A stretch of 63,309 bases of DNA, the filler included, from Globobulimina sp. (taxonomy: Eukaryota), in the NCBI GenBank assembly GCA_003354225.1. It is 42 parts of 42 records of this genome, joined end to end, with 100 filler letters (N's around TTAATTAATTAA, not from the genome) between each part and the next. Parts side by side here need not be neighbours in the genome. Positions count along the whole stretch, not along the records: positions 37,758 to 39,166 come from PIVH01017129.1; positions 39,267 to 40,675 come from PIVH01017130.1; positions 40,776 to 42,184 come from PIVH01017131.1; positions 42,285 to 43,693 come from PIVH01017132.1; positions 43,794 to 45,202 come from PIVH01017133.1; positions 45,303 to 46,711 come from PIVH01017134.1; positions 46,812 to 48,220 come from PIVH01017135.1; positions 48,321 to 49,729 come from PIVH01017136.1; 34 more parts are not named here. One strand, written 5' to 3'. Under the pieces are notes generated by a model that was not told the DNA's origin, did no database searches, and was given only the letters and a program-made list of their open reading frames with translations. This document shows, one piece after another, positions 37,758-50,331 of the stretch. Numbering within the stretch: position 1 is the stretch's first letter; each line of letters starts with the position of its first letter. The translations under genes were made by a program, and so were the position numbers.

Positions 37758-39088
37758 ATCGTATTTACCAATTATTGTCTGCGCCGTTTGTGATTGCAAT
37801 CAGTAAAACAATATTCGTTTTCGAACCAGTGGGAATGCGATTATTTACAATGTCGGTCATTGCTGTTTATAAACAACATTCGCAGCATGATTTTCGTTTA
37901 ATTGTTGTTACAGAAACTGCAGAATATTTAAAATTAAATGAAGCAAAATTAGTGACTTATCCTCATAATTTAGCAGCAAATCAACAGATACATTTCCAGG
38001 TTAAAGCTGCAGAAAATGAGTGTCTAGCAAATAAAAATTATATTTGCAGTCAGATTTGGGAGCTGTATGCCGATAATGTCCCTTGTCCACCCACTGTATT
38101 TTCAGGTTTATATGGCATGCAATTCACAGCCATTTGTAATGACAATGCAACAAATAATGACACCATAAATACGCAACGTTTCAGTAATTGTCAACTTTGG
38201 TTAGCTACCTTTGAAAAAGCAATTGATTTAAGTACGCAGTTAACGTGGAAGGACGAAATATGTGATGCGACAATATATGAAATACATTTTAATGCCGTTT
38301 CTAGATATTTTATGGATGCTCAATATGCAAAAGAATGCGAAGATGGTCATTTATTTGCTGTTGGCGAGGATCGAATTTATGTGGAAACAGAAGTTATTAT
38401 TCCAAGTGGTGCATATAATGTATTTTCGGCGTCATTAATAAATGTTTGGTTATGTACCACTTCGCCAGTAATTGGTGAACCTTTTTTAGACACAAGCACC
38501 GGTTTAGGCGGCTGTCTATCCTCTGGACAGATTATTGATGATGACGGGCCATATCATATTTTATCCAATTATGATGAGGTGATGTTGTATAATTTTACGC
38601 GCGATGATGATGGTGGTACTTTAGCAGCGAATGTGGTGCGATATTCATTCATTCCGCCTGTGTCAATACGGAGGGATACGTTATACATTCATGCACAGTT
38701 AAAATTGAGTTTTATTAATGGTGGAGTTAGACGGCGTTTGTTAGTGAATGAGAATGTGGATATTCATATTTCTGATCAATATAAACATTCAGTTGGTTTG
38801 GTTGGAATTGATTCGACAGAATCTAAACCGTATGAACATTTCAAAGAGATTGAAGAATATAAAAAAGAGAATGGATTCTATGATAAGAAAATGAATGATG
38901 AAAATGAAAATATTATGCAACAATTAAGGAATCGGAATAATAATGATTTTGATAGAGGACAATATATATCTATGGGGTCACATGCTTTTTTTATACTGGA
39001 AATTGTCACTGTCGTAACTGTAACTTTATTATTAGTAAATGTGTGTCTTCTTATGTTTGCTCAATATCATAAATGGTCTCTTTATTAA
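37758..39088 (+). CDS. Cys-containing single-pass surface protein with RRRLL motif, 5' partial
   Basis: Beta-rich ectodomain, GGVRRRLL, C-terminal TM. Confidence 0.65.
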
Positions 39089-39273
39089 ATTTAATCCCTT
39101 AGTATTAAACTAAAAAAAAAAAACACATGAAAACGCATCGATCATTTGAACAGCTAGAACAACATTNNNNNNNNNNNNNNNNNNNNNNNNNNNNNNNNNN
39201 NNNNNNNNNNTTAATTAATTAANNNNNNNNNNNNNNNNNNNNNNNNNNNNNNNNNNNNNNNNNNNNAAACAAA

Positions 39274-40675
39274 ATGGAAAATGTATACGTACCGTACGAA
39301 AGGTTATGTTCTGAGTCACCAAAAAAACCCACTCTTTCGCCAGAAATAAAGAATCAAATAAGTATTTCCAATATAAATGATTATAAATCAAAATTCCTGT
39401 CACCAAACATAAAGAAACTAATCATTGAAAGCACCAAAACGAAACAAATAAATGTGGAAAATAATAATTCAGCATTAGTTTCACCAAAAACGAAAGCAAT
39501 TCAAGTTATAAATGATAATGACTATAAACCTGACATTGATAATGTAACATGGCAGCTCATACAGTATGATTTGAATAAAACACTACAAAAAACTAAAGAG
39601 ATTGCAGCAAACACTATAAATTATAATACTTTACATACAAATACAAATACAAACTACTCAAACAATCAAAACCAATCACATTTATGGTGTAATAATCTAA
39701 AATGGGATTTCCATGCAATAACTAATGGCGATATTCATAAATGGAGCAAAAAGATATATCGATTGGAACAATCCTTATATGATTTCACCAAAAAAATAGA
39801 TACGATTTCACCAAAAGAGAAACAATGTAAACACATTGAAAGAAATAATGACGATCAACAAATAAAATATAGCAACGCTAAAAAAAACTTTGTCTCACGG
39901 AACCGTTTCAAGCATTTATACGGAGATGCATTGTTAAGGAACATTCGGTGTCAGAGACAGCAGAAACAGCCCACAACAAAAGGTCGCAATTGCAAGCAAA
40001 CCAAAAACAAATCGCACAATATTTTATTGGATAAGTTGCACGAATCGCTGTCAATTTTGTATCGAGGATTAAATCGTTTTAATACATCACAAATTGTATC
40101 GAGTGAATTTATAGATTTATGTAAAGAATATATTGAATCGCAACATCACGTCGATTCATATTCGTTGCAATTTGAATATTTACCGAAATTATGGAACATA
40201 TTAATATCATTTGAACAATTTGTAACTAGTGTTTTCTCGTCAAAATTAACAATATCACAATCAAATTTCATTAAACATTTTGAAATTGTATTGAATAAAT
40301 ATCATTTTGTCAACGCATCAAAACAATATATATCTGCTTTAAAGTCAGACTCGTTTCAGCCGGAAAAAGTGTCATTTAATCCAGATATTTTACGTTTAGC
40401 ATCGATAATGTTATCAAACATTAACTTTTCAGTCCGATTGTTACCGAAAACAAATTCAAATAATTCGTTACAAACACAACACGATAAAATTAGCAATCAA
40501 TCACAAGCTAAAAATACCAATAAACAACAGAATAAAAATATATTTTCAAGATTGCATGTTGTTGGAATGAAACAGAAACGGAAAAGACAGCACCAATTTG
40601 AAATTGGTAAAATTACAGTTGATAATGAATGTACTTTTAGACCAACAATAAATACACCAAAAGCAAACAGAAAAA
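39274..40675 (+). CDS. Hypothetical Asn/Lys-rich protein with RFxxLY and ECTFxPxIN motifs, 3' partial
   Basis: RFKHLYGDA, IFSRLH, NECTFRPTIN. Confidence 0.6.
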
Positions 40676-40775
40676 NNNNNNNNNNNNNNNNNNNNNNNNN
40701 NNNNNNNNNNNNNNNNNNNTTAATTAATTAANNNNNNNNNNNNNNNNNNNNNNNNNNNNNNNNNNNNNNNNNNNN

Positions 40776-40839
40776 AGCTGCATATCCTTCAAGCTCAAAT
40801 ATCTCACCGTTTTCTGCTGCAACAACTGCGGTTAACATA
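40776..40839 (-). CDS. Start of a bacterial gene (possibly radical SAM protein)
   Basis: MLTAVVAAENGEIFELEGYA runs to the contig edge; function is only a recalled resemblance. Confidence 0.4.
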
Positions 40840-40888
40840 GTTTTATTAATATATCCGATAAGGCACTCCCATTATTGCTATTTTTAAT

Positions 40889-40940
40889 CCTTATTTTGAA
40901 CTGCGACAAACCTTATTTTGAACTGCGACAAACCTTATTT
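40889..40940. repeat. 22-bp tandem duplication over a stop codon
   Basis: ccttattttgaactgcgacaaa twice plus partial ccttattt. Confidence 0.9.
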
Positions 40941-41656
40941 AAAACGTGGGAAATGAGTGTGGCTGTTTTTAATGCATTCTCTCTTGAATCTCTGAATCCT
41001 GCTTCTTTTGTCTCTAATTGGATAGATTCAATTTGATCAAATCCAAATCCCTGTTGAAGAAAATATTGATTAAACCGTTTTTTGTCACGTCCACGATAGT
41101 TATTACATTCTGTATGGGTCAGTATGGTGTTCATTCCACCTGTTGTAAGATTTTTCTGAAAAGATTTCACCATTTGTTTGCTTGCAGAAAAACTATTCTC
41201 TGTATCACCTGTCTTTGGATCACCACCTTGTCCATAAGCAATTAATGCCTGAAGCGATTCTGCTGGGCCATCAAACAATCCTAACTTGATATGTTCATTT
41301 CCTCGTGCGATTGCAAAATCATTAAATATGCCATGTAACCATAAAACAAATGTTTTACCCTTACTATTTGCCACATCCATTATTGATTCAATATATCCCG
41401 GGACTTTTTTCGAATGGTCAACCCTGTATAAATCCAGGAAATAGTTTTGGGCATCTTTTTTTATTTTTCCTTTTGGTTTAAAAAATCGATCATTGATGAT
41501 CGTAAAACAACCCAATTGATTATGGATTTCTTCTGCGACTATTCCTGTTCGAATATCATTTTCATATGTTCCACTAATGATCGGGCCATGGGGTGCTACG
41601 ACTAAAATATCAGTGCTTCCTTCTATAATTCGAATACCATCAGATATATTTTTCAT
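40913..41656 (-). CDS. Bacterial hypothetical protein, Zn-amidohydrolase-like (N-formylglutamate amidohydrolase fold?)
   Basis: ILVVAPHG...ND..TG, VLWLHG, SIQLE spacing. Confidence 0.6.
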   Translation of the reverse strand: MKNISDGIRIIEGSTDILVVAPHGPIISGTYENDIRTGIVAEEIHNQLGCFTIINDRFFKPKGKIKKDAQNYFLDLYRVDHSKKVPGYIESIMDVANSKGKTFVLWLHGIFNDFAIARGNEHIKLGLFDGPAESLQALIAYGQGGDPKTGDTENSFSASKQMVKSFQKNLTTGGMNTILTHTECNNYRGRDKKRFNQYFLQQGFGFDQIESIQLETKEAGFRDSRENALKTATLISHVLNKVCRSSK

Positions 41657-41814
41657 TTAAATTTTTAAATCCTTATGATTGACTTAACGATAGTTCCATT
41701 TTGTGACTACACTTAAAATAATATTTTGGTTCTTGTCAAGAAACCTCAAAAAACCAATGATCAGAAAAGAATATACACAGATATTGAACAATGGTTTGAT
41801 TCATATCATTTTTT

Positions 41815-42184
41815 CTAAATGATTGGTGGTTTGTTCTCAATAGCTGCAGCAGCCGCTGCAGCGGATGTTTTTAAGAAATTTTCATTTTCTGGGTTTGATT
41901 CATTTGTTCCTTCTGGTAAATACACAGTCACATTTTTGTGGGCGAATTCAATATCATTTTCTTTAAAGGCTTCTTGAATGAGTTGATATACTTTTCTTCT
42001 AACCATGAATTGTTCTCCTGGGATTGTTTTGAACTTAACTCTAAGAATCATGGCTGAGTCATCCATTTCACGAACACCCTGGGATTTTATTTTACTTAAG
42101 AGACCTGACCCAAGCTCTTTATCTTTAGTGATAATCTTGTTGATTTGTTTGACAATTTTTCTGATTTTATCAATGTTTGCATCA
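41815..42184 (-). CDS. MscS-family mechanosensitive channel C-terminus (bacterial)
   Basis: IKSQGVREMDDSAMILRVKFKTIPGEQFMVRR...AFKENDIEFA. Confidence 0.85.
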
Positions 42185-42580
42185 NNNNNNNNNNNNNNNN
42201 NNNNNNNNNNNNNNNNNNNNNNNNNNNNTTAATTAATTAANNNNNNNNNNNNNNNNNNNNNNNNNNNNNNNNNNNNNNNNNNNNCAAATGTCACAAATGT
42301 AATGAGAGCGGTTTACATTTGGATTTGTGCGGTATATATGTTGGAATTGTAAGTCTGATACAAACAAACATTTAAATTAAATTACAGTAAAACAAACAAA
42401 AACAGTCATGTGATTTAATAAATGGTTCATTCATCAACTCCAAGTAAAGGTAATTTATAAACCGCTGCTACGTTGATCTCGAATTTAATAAATAATTAAT
42501 AATAGGCTGCATCGCATAACTTGCATTTTAAAATATAAATTAATATAAATTTGCTGCGTATGAATATATATATCCATAAA

Positions 42581-42943
42581 TTAAAAATATTGTTGCTGCG
42601 TACGTTTACATTTAATTTGTCGAATACGTCTAATCCGTGATTCTTTGGATATATTTCTTTTTGCTGATTTATTCGTATTTAAATTAAAACATCTATTACA
42701 TTGTTTTTTCATTTTCGGTGAACAATAATTGTTTTTATTTATTGGAGCACAACAACTGACACAATATTTTTGTGTCCATCGCTTCGGCACATTCATATTA
42801 TTCTTATTCGCTTTAGTTGCGCGATTCTTTTTTGTTTTACTTCGCGATCGCGATCGTGAACGATTTCTCATTTCAATGAATTGATTATCGTGTAAATCTA
42901 TGCTAGTGCCAAACACAGAGCCGCCAAATGTTGTTTTGCGCAA
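42581..42943 (-). CDS. Basic hypothetical protein with CxxC pairs
   Basis: RSRSRS tract, CVSCC and CNRC. Confidence 0.3.
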   Translation of the reverse strand: MRKTTFGGSVFGTSIDLHDNQFIEMRNRSRSRSRSKTKKNRATKANKNNMNVPKRWTQKYCVSCCAPINKNNYCSPKMKKQCNRCFNLNTNKSAKRNISKESRIRRIRQIKCKRTQQQYF

Positions 42944-43089
42944 ATGTGCAGTTTTGCGAAGTGCAGTTTTGCGAAAATGTTTTGTATCAATAACGTAATT
43001 TTCAACATAAAATTAAATTCTACAACAACAAAATATATAAAATAAAAAATAAAAATATAATATAAGAAAAAAAGAAATAAAACATTTTG

Positions 43090-43693
43090 CTATAAAAAAG
43101 AAACAATCATTTTTGCAATATAATAATGAACGTTGTAGTCGCTTCTCTCAATGATTGCGACCGTTGCCATCTTTTCTATTATTCCCCAACGATGCTCGCG
43201 TACCGCTAACTTCTCATCGACTGTTAAAATTTGCTGTTTTCTTTTTGCATTCCCTTTGTGTTTCGCTACATATTTTGCATATCTTTCCTCAACAATCTCA
43301 TACGGATTTTTATTATTCGCCCGTGCATTTCCAAGTGCTTTGCGAATACGCTTTTGTTGTTTGTCTTTCTTCTTCAAATAACGATCCATTGTGCCCCAAT
43401 GCACTGACTCAGAACATGACAGTGCTTTTATTGCGGGATTTGAATGCGTTTTATTTCTATAAAATGCTTCACATAGCAGAGGAAGAAATGCTTTCCGATT
43501 GTAGTCAACCAATCTGTCCATACAGCCTTGCTCCCAAACATTAATTGCTCTCTTTACCACAGCATCGTTTTTTGACAACAAGCATTGGGTCAATTTGTTT
43601 ACTGCGCAGGTCAACATTGCCTCGTACTGTTCATATGAAAATCCATTTTGATGCATTATTACATTTATGATATTGACAATTTCCATAATGAAA
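43090..43693 (-). CDS. Divergent PP2A B56 regulatory subunit C-terminus
   Basis: LTQCLLSKNDAVVKRAINVW...NRKAFLPLL..AFYRNKTHSNPAI...REHRWGIIEKMA parallels B56. Confidence 0.7.
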
Positions 43694-43793
43694 NNNNNNN
43701 NNNNNNNNNNNNNNNNNNNNNNNNNNNNNNNNNNNNNTTAATTAATTAANNNNNNNNNNNNNNNNNNNNNNNNNNNNNNNNNNNNNNNNNNNN

Positions 43794-44325
43794 CCAATGA
43801 TAACAAAAACAATAAAAACACAAAGGCACAGCGTGATAGTTTGTAGATTGAATATTGAAATGTGTAATATAACCGACCTAAAATCACCAAATCTGTACAA
43901 ATATATGAATTGAATGACAATGCATTGGATAGCATTCGCAGTGGGATAAAATCAGTGGAAAGGAGAGACTTTGAGAGTAGCCATGATTTTGTGACATGGA
44001 TAATATCACAGAGAATACAAGAAATTGCCAATATAAAGCTACAAAGTGATGTGAATTGGTAATATGATGATGGCCGATGATAGGATTGTTTGTTGAAATA
44101 ATTGCGACAATAAAAGATAATCAATGTGTTTAATAACATTATTAGTACAATGATAAATGCAGCAAACATTAAAGATACAGAGATAAAACGTATGATATTA
44201 ATGGATTGCATGATCGATACATGCCAATATGCTGTAGATTGTGGTGAAGAAATGACGCTTCTCTCAAGCATTTGTGACGAAGCAATGATGACTGAGTCAC
44301 TGAGTTTTAAAATGCTACTTTTCAA
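43794..44325 (-). CDS. Orphan 7TM-like protein N-terminal part (same family as 26013-27005)
   Basis: CDIIH, LGRLYYTFQYSIYKLS parallels LAKPYATFQSTAYSVS. Confidence 0.6.
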
Positions 44326-45106
44326 ATATTAATCGAAGTAATTCTGATTTTATGTATATTATACACGCGAAAAAGTAGCACACAAAAATAAAAATAAATT
44401 AATTCAAAAAACACTCGGATTCATTATCTATCGAATTCTTGACGTCTACGCAATGCTACATCAATTTCATTAACATTACCAATCGAGATAAATGCTGGTA
44501 AACTCGCACTTTTTCGTACGTATTGGCCAGACTTTCCCAGAGTTATATATATTTCCATAATTTGCGTCTCTATTTTTTATAATCTTCAGACTCGTTTTTG
44601 TTACATTGTAATTTGTATCGTTTTTGATAAATCCGTATTACATTGCCATCAATATCTGGTAAATGATGATTCCATTCCCATTAATATTTGTTTGGTAATT
44701 TTCCAACGCTCACTTTCTTTCAAGTTTATTGATGGATTGTGTTGGTATTATGTGAATTTTATGGCAATATTGCCGTAGTATTTGTGGAAACAAATTAATT
44801 GATACCAATCAAAATTGTAGATATATATCGAAATGGATATATTTACATGTCAATGAATATTTGCATGAATTCGTACTTTCCAAGGATATGACTTCTTGCT
44901 GTGATTTTGTTTAATTTTAATCAAACATTTTTTTTTATTACAGCAACAACTCAAAAAAACGTATGCTTTCATGAACATGGTTCGCTAAGCATATATATTA
45001 CAATTCATGTTTGATATTCATTATACTCATATGAAGAGGGTTTTTCTAAGAATAGAGGAGGGCGATAGTGGTCTTCAGGAGTCGATCGAACTATCTAAGG
45101 TTACAA

Positions 45107-45150
45107 TAACTAACGTTTCGACCTCATTATGGAGGTCTTCTTCAGAGTTA
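45107..45150 (-). ncRNA. Minimal type I hammerhead ribozyme (Penelope-associated, dimer type)
   Basis: UAACU-CUGAAGA-A-GACCUC-cauaau-GAGGUC-GAAA-C-GUU-AGUUA: full core, 5-bp stem I, 6-bp stem II, palindromic ACGU in place of stem III. Confidence 0.8.
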
Positions 45151-45716
45151 AATTTAAGAAAAGTTGTGTTTTGAAAACAACTTCAAAAAACTTCTAAGCA
45201 CANNNNNNNNNNNNNNNNNNNNNNNNNNNNNNNNNNNNNNNNNNNNTTAATTAATTAANNNNNNNNNNNNNNNNNNNNNNNNNNNNNNNNNNNNNNNNNN
45301 NNGAGATTCTGTGTATTCAGTTCCTAGGCGATGGGACAAGTGATTTAGAACGTTTGTTAAACTTTGTTTGAGAAAGGTTGGTTTGTTTGAGAAAGATGTC
45401 TATGCTTTCAAAAAAATTGAAGTCTTGACCAACGCCAAAACTTCACAACTGTGTATAAAAATGAGTCTCAGATAAATGTTTTCAGCGTTTTATATGCAAA
45501 TTCTTAAACAGAGTTTCCTCACTGTAGTTTACACCAAATTGAAAAAACGAATAAAGTTTCCTTGACGCACTAGCTGTAAAAGTAGATGACGATTGCATGC
45601 CTGCCATATATCGAATTATCGATAAAAATAAACACAACTAAGTAAATTCACTCGAATTGACACAAGTCGGAAAGCAAAAACACAGAAAAAATAAGAATAA
45701 TTATGTTGCTGATCAC

Positions 45717-46200
45717 CTATTTATAGTCCAATATAGATGACGTAGAATTAGTATCAGTGTTAAATGTTGCGCTTTTATCTCTATTCTTCTTTTTTGATGC
45801 ACATTCATTACCATTTTGAGCGGGAATTGACGGAATTGTAAGCATTGTGGTTAAAGAACTGTGCGCAATATGTGCCTTGAATGGATTCTCTGGAACATTG
45901 GCAAGATTTTGCTCAGATTCCGTTTCTGAACTAATTGATTCTTGTGGTCCAATATCGACGGCGTCGAATTGCATTTGAAAAATTTCCCGTTTCGACTCAT
46001 AAAATATATGAATGCAACAACATATTCCAAAACCCATACATAGCATTCCCAAAATTACAAACAATAAAATATATATGAAATCTGAGTTGATTTTATTGGA
46101 CGTAGTGTGGGATAAAAATTCATTATTTATTGATGATTCGGTGTCCATTGATTTATTGATTCGGTCACATCCGTCGCCAACGCATTGACAAATATCTATA
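45717..46200 (-). CDS. Eukaryotic single-pass membrane protein fragment
   Basis: TM FIYILLFVILGMLCMGFGICCC with Ser-rich tail; ORF 5' part is antisense to the bacterial gene. Confidence 0.5.
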
Positions 46201-46711
46201 TCAATATAACCTAGACGCAGGTTCACCCCAAGGAATAATTGATTCAAGAGTATTGATAGCAACAGGAACAGAAGGTGCACTGCAGTTAGGCCCCGATAAT
46301 AAAATATATTGTGCTCAAAACCAGAGTGGATCCCTCTCTGTTATACACGCACCTAACGAAATTGGCGACGCATGTAACTTTCAGTGGGGTGCTGTATCAT
46401 TGGGAGGTAAAATCTCTAGGTGGGGATTGCCTCCGTTTATTCAATCGTTTTTTAGTTTTAACGCAGGTTATTATAACAATTCACCTTGTTTCGGTACACC
46501 TACGCAATTTCATGAAAATAGCTCTCAGGAGCCTGATTCGGTACTTTGGGATTTTGGAAACCCATCATCAGGTTCAGCAAATTCTTCTACACTGAATGAT
46601 CCGGTGCACTTATTTACTGGTCCCGGCTTTTTTCCTGTAAAACTTTGGGTTTGGATACTTGGAATAGAAGTTACAGTTACTCATATCGTTGTGGTTAATG
46701 ATATTCCGGAT
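46197..46711 (+). CDS. Bacteroidota-type beta-propeller plus PKD-domain protein fragment
   Basis: LYQYNL, ALQLGPDNKIY, GLPPFIQSFF, SVLWDFGNPSSG...DPVHLFTGPG. Confidence 0.85.
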
Positions 46712-46811
46712 NNNNNNNNNNNNNNNNNNNNNNNNNNNNNNNNNNNNNNNNNNNNTTAATTAATTAANNNNNNNNNNNNNNNNNNNNNNNNNNNNNNNNN
46801 NNNNNNNNNNN

Positions 46812-47656
46812 CGAGGCTGTCCTTGAAGTTATGCTGTTTGCCGCGCGGAATGAGTCGGATCAAGGTGAATATGGAGTTGCTGTGTGTGGAGACTGAGACG
46901 TATTATTCAGATATCTGCGATTTCGGCTATGACAGCAAGAATACGGTGAGGGCGTGGCCCACCGACATGTTGTTGACGCCGCAGTTGAACGGATTGAAGA
47001 AGTTAACTTTTAAATGCATGGTTGCGATTATTGCAAAGTATGATCGCAACGGACAGGAAATCAATGACAAGAATGTGGAGGATAGGCCACTGACCGCTGA
47101 TAGCATGCATGTGCAGATGCAGCAGAATGAGCATATCGGGCATGATACGGACGGCGTACAAGTGCCGTTGCATCAGATTGCAAAGCATTTGTCGTATGAT
47201 GTGTGCGAGGAACATAATGAGAATAGCAATGAGTTGCAATTACAGACGCAAATTAAACAAATGACAGTCAAGTTGGATGCGTTAAGCAGTGAAATGAATA
47301 ATATCACAGCGATATTGGACAATGCAAAGCTAATGTCAGTAAAGGGCGATATTGATAGTATGAATGATATAAAATGGGAGTATGATGAGGATGACGTAAA
47401 AGGGAAAGGGGAACAAGTGAGGTATTGGATACATAATGTTGTTGGAATGAGAGAGGATAATATTTATGAGTTGTTGATTTCAAATGGTATTCGCGATATG
47501 GATATCATAAAAGAATTGACAATGGAGGAATTATTAGCGATTGGAATTAAGAAATTAGGGCAAAGGAAGCGGATCATGCAAGAAATAAAAAAGTTGAATA
47601 ATATCAAAATTTCAAAGGTTTTTTGGCACTTATTTTCATCAAAAAAAATACATTAA
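46812..47656 (+). CDS. MATH-like, coiled-coil and SAM-domain protein, 5' partial
   Basis: LKLCCLP...LTFKC; SAM VRYWI...ELTMEELLAIGIKKLGQRKRIM. Confidence 0.7.
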
Positions 47657-47793
47657 GTATAAATGTCATAATTATGATTTCTTTCTGGAATGTTAATAAT
47701 AAAATGTTAATGGTATTGATCCATTCTCTTTTCATTCTTAGTGTTTTTTCATTAAATAAATCCTTAGTTTTCCATTAAATTGCGTCATTAATC

Positions 47794-48220
47794 ATGGTCC
47801 GTTGCACCTCCTTCGTCAGTTATAAAGTAACAAAAGTATTGAATGTAGTATTTGAATGGTTGGGAGAATCAATATATAAAAAACCATGGCTCTTCATTAT
47901 CATTGGAATTGCTGTCACTGTGGCTGCTGGATCTGGACTAATGTCGATGGAGATGGAGACTGCGTTTAGTATACGTATCAATATATTATTTTTTGTACTT
48001 TATACGCAACGCAAACAAATATCAATACTGAATACTTAGGACTATTAATCTTTGGGTGCCAACAACAACAGAAATATATTCTGATTTTAAAAAAGAAGAA
48101 GCGTTTTTTGGTGAATCTTCCTCCGTTTTGATATTGTTACTTAAAGGACGTAAGAATCAAAATATAATGACAGCAGAGGGCTTGACCCAGGCATATCAAG
48201 CCATGGCCACAATATCCAAC
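47794..48220 (+). CDS. Patched/NPC1-family sterol-sensing protein N-terminus, spliced
   Basis: FEWLGESIYKKPWLFIIIG...GL..MEMET, intron ending ACTTAG at 48039, LWVPT...AFFG. Confidence 0.7.
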
Positions 48221-48320
48221 NNNNNNNNNNNNNNNNNNNNNNNNNNNNNNNNNNNNNNNNNNNNTTAATTAATTAANNNNNNNNNNNNNNNNNNNNNNNN
48301 NNNNNNNNNNNNNNNNNNNN

Positions 48321-48417
48321 CATTTTTGCTTTATCGTAAGAATCTGTTTTTAAACTTAAAGGGAAAAAAACCAGTTTTTCCGTTACAAAATAGATTTTTA
48401 CGATAAAGCAAAAATGC
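48321..48417. mobile_element. About 95-bp MITE-like element with 25-bp TIR; shortened relative at about 6933-6977
   Basis: catttttgctttatcgtaagaatct ... agatttttacgataaagcaaaaatg (1 mismatch); the right arm recurs at about 6950-6975. Confidence 0.65.
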
Positions 48418-48497
48418 ATTATGTAACATTATCTAACAGCAGTTTTTAACCTGTCTTGACTATTACTTGTAATCTCAGTACAAACTAACTTAATTTC

Positions 48498-49729
48498 ATG
48501 GATTGTGTAGGAAGCATTTGTGGTGACAATAAAATATCTTTTTTCGGTGTAGATAGTGATTTATGTGTCAACATTTACAAATCATTTCGCCCGTCAAATC
48601 TTCAATTTGTTATCAATGGAATAAATTATCATCCACAAAATGATCAATTAATATGCGCGGGAACAAACGGCCTTTTTTCAGTAGATTCACAAATAACAAA
48701 TCAAATTGAACAAGATTTTGATTTTGAGAATAAACCAAATGCAAATGTCTCTTGTATAACAGCCAATAATCAGTGGTTTGGATATTCCACAAACAATATC
48801 ATGAATGTAATATCGTGGAATTCATCGCAATTAGTTACAACAAAAAAACATAAAGAATCATTTAATGCAATTTCATTCATTGCAAATAGATATATCATTG
48901 GTGCAGACATTACAGGCGATATATTGATACATAACTGTAATTCGCATCTATTATCAACAACATTCAGTGGCTATGTCAGCCAAAATTGTGTAAATTGTAT
49001 TGATGTTACAAAAAATAGGATTAATTGGTTTATTGCATCAAATGATAATGGCTTTAACTATTTATTTGATATAACCAGAGAAAAAATAATTTATTATGAT
49101 TATACACACCGTTCAGCATCAAACCAATGCTCTTTTAATTCTATTTATTCGTCGTTGTTTGTTTCGTGCGGATTGGACAAACAAATATTAGTTCATGATA
49201 TAAATAGAAAAAAAGTCGGAATTAAAATAGAAACAAATGCGCCTTTAAGTTGTGTCAAATATTTACCAGAATCAGAAAAACATATTATATGTTGCAGCAC
49301 CAATGGAGATATATATTTATATGATTTGAGAAGATTTAATCAGCCAATTCAAACAATAAGAACTGCGAAATGCATCATTGGATTAGATATCCATTCAAAA
49401 CTGAAATATTCAGCCATTAATCAAATAAATATCGACAAAGAAATACAAGAAACGGGAATGGAAATACAATCGGAAACAAAACCCATTGAAATAATAACAA
49501 ATAATATCAATAAAATTAATAAGATTAATAAAAAACATCCCGAATCGCCTATATCATCGGCTGTTGCGTCTTTACCTGATATTAATAAATTATTTTTGAA
49601 AATTAAGCAAAATCTTCAAGATATAGATAGTAACCGCATTGACGATACAAATAACTGCATAGATAATGATGCAAATAATACGAATGATGCAAATAATACA
49701 AATAACTGCATGGATGATGTAAATAATAC
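48498..49729 (+). CDS. NEDD1: WD40 protein, NEDD1/GCP-WD-like, 3' partial
   Basis: HRSASNQCSF...LFVSCGLDKQILVHD...APLSCVKY...NGDIYLYDLR. Confidence 0.7.
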
Positions 49730-49829
49730 NNNNNNNNNNNNNNNNNNNNNNNNNNNNNNNNNNNNNNNNNNNNTTAATTAATTAANNNNNNNNNNNNNNN
49801 NNNNNNNNNNNNNNNNNNNNNNNNNNNNN

Positions 49830-50263
49830 TTAATTTCATTAATTTGAAGCTATTTCATCAACAATGTGACAATAAAGGCAACACATTGTTGATTATCAAA
49901 TCGACGGAGAATAATATATTTGGCGGGTTTACGTCAATTAATTATTCAAACCAACAACAGTGCACTTATGATAGTCATGCATTTTTATGGAGTTTGAGCT
50001 CGAATAAAATATTTGATTTAAACCATAACTGTCTGAATGTTGGAAAGGAGAATATATTTCATTATGGTGAAAATGATAAAATTGCACTACAATTTGGAAA
50101 TGGCCCTGATTTGATCGTCTATAAAAAATGTTTCATGCAAAATATGAATAATGTGGTTCCTTACTCTTTTAATTTTAACGTTGATGAATTGATTGGAACA
50201 CAACACAAAAACGGATATTTTACAGTCAAGCAAATGGAAGTTTTTCAAGTGTACGGACTCTGA
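49830..50263 (+). CDS. TLDc-domain protein C-terminus
   Basis: FHQQCDNKGNTLLIIKS...IFGGFTS...AFLWSL...FGNGPDL...MEVFQ. Confidence 0.9.
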
Positions 50264-50331
50264 TAGTTTCACTTGAAAACGTTTTGTTTACTTGAAATTT
50301 AAAACTTTTTTGTTGGGTGTAAACTGTAAAC

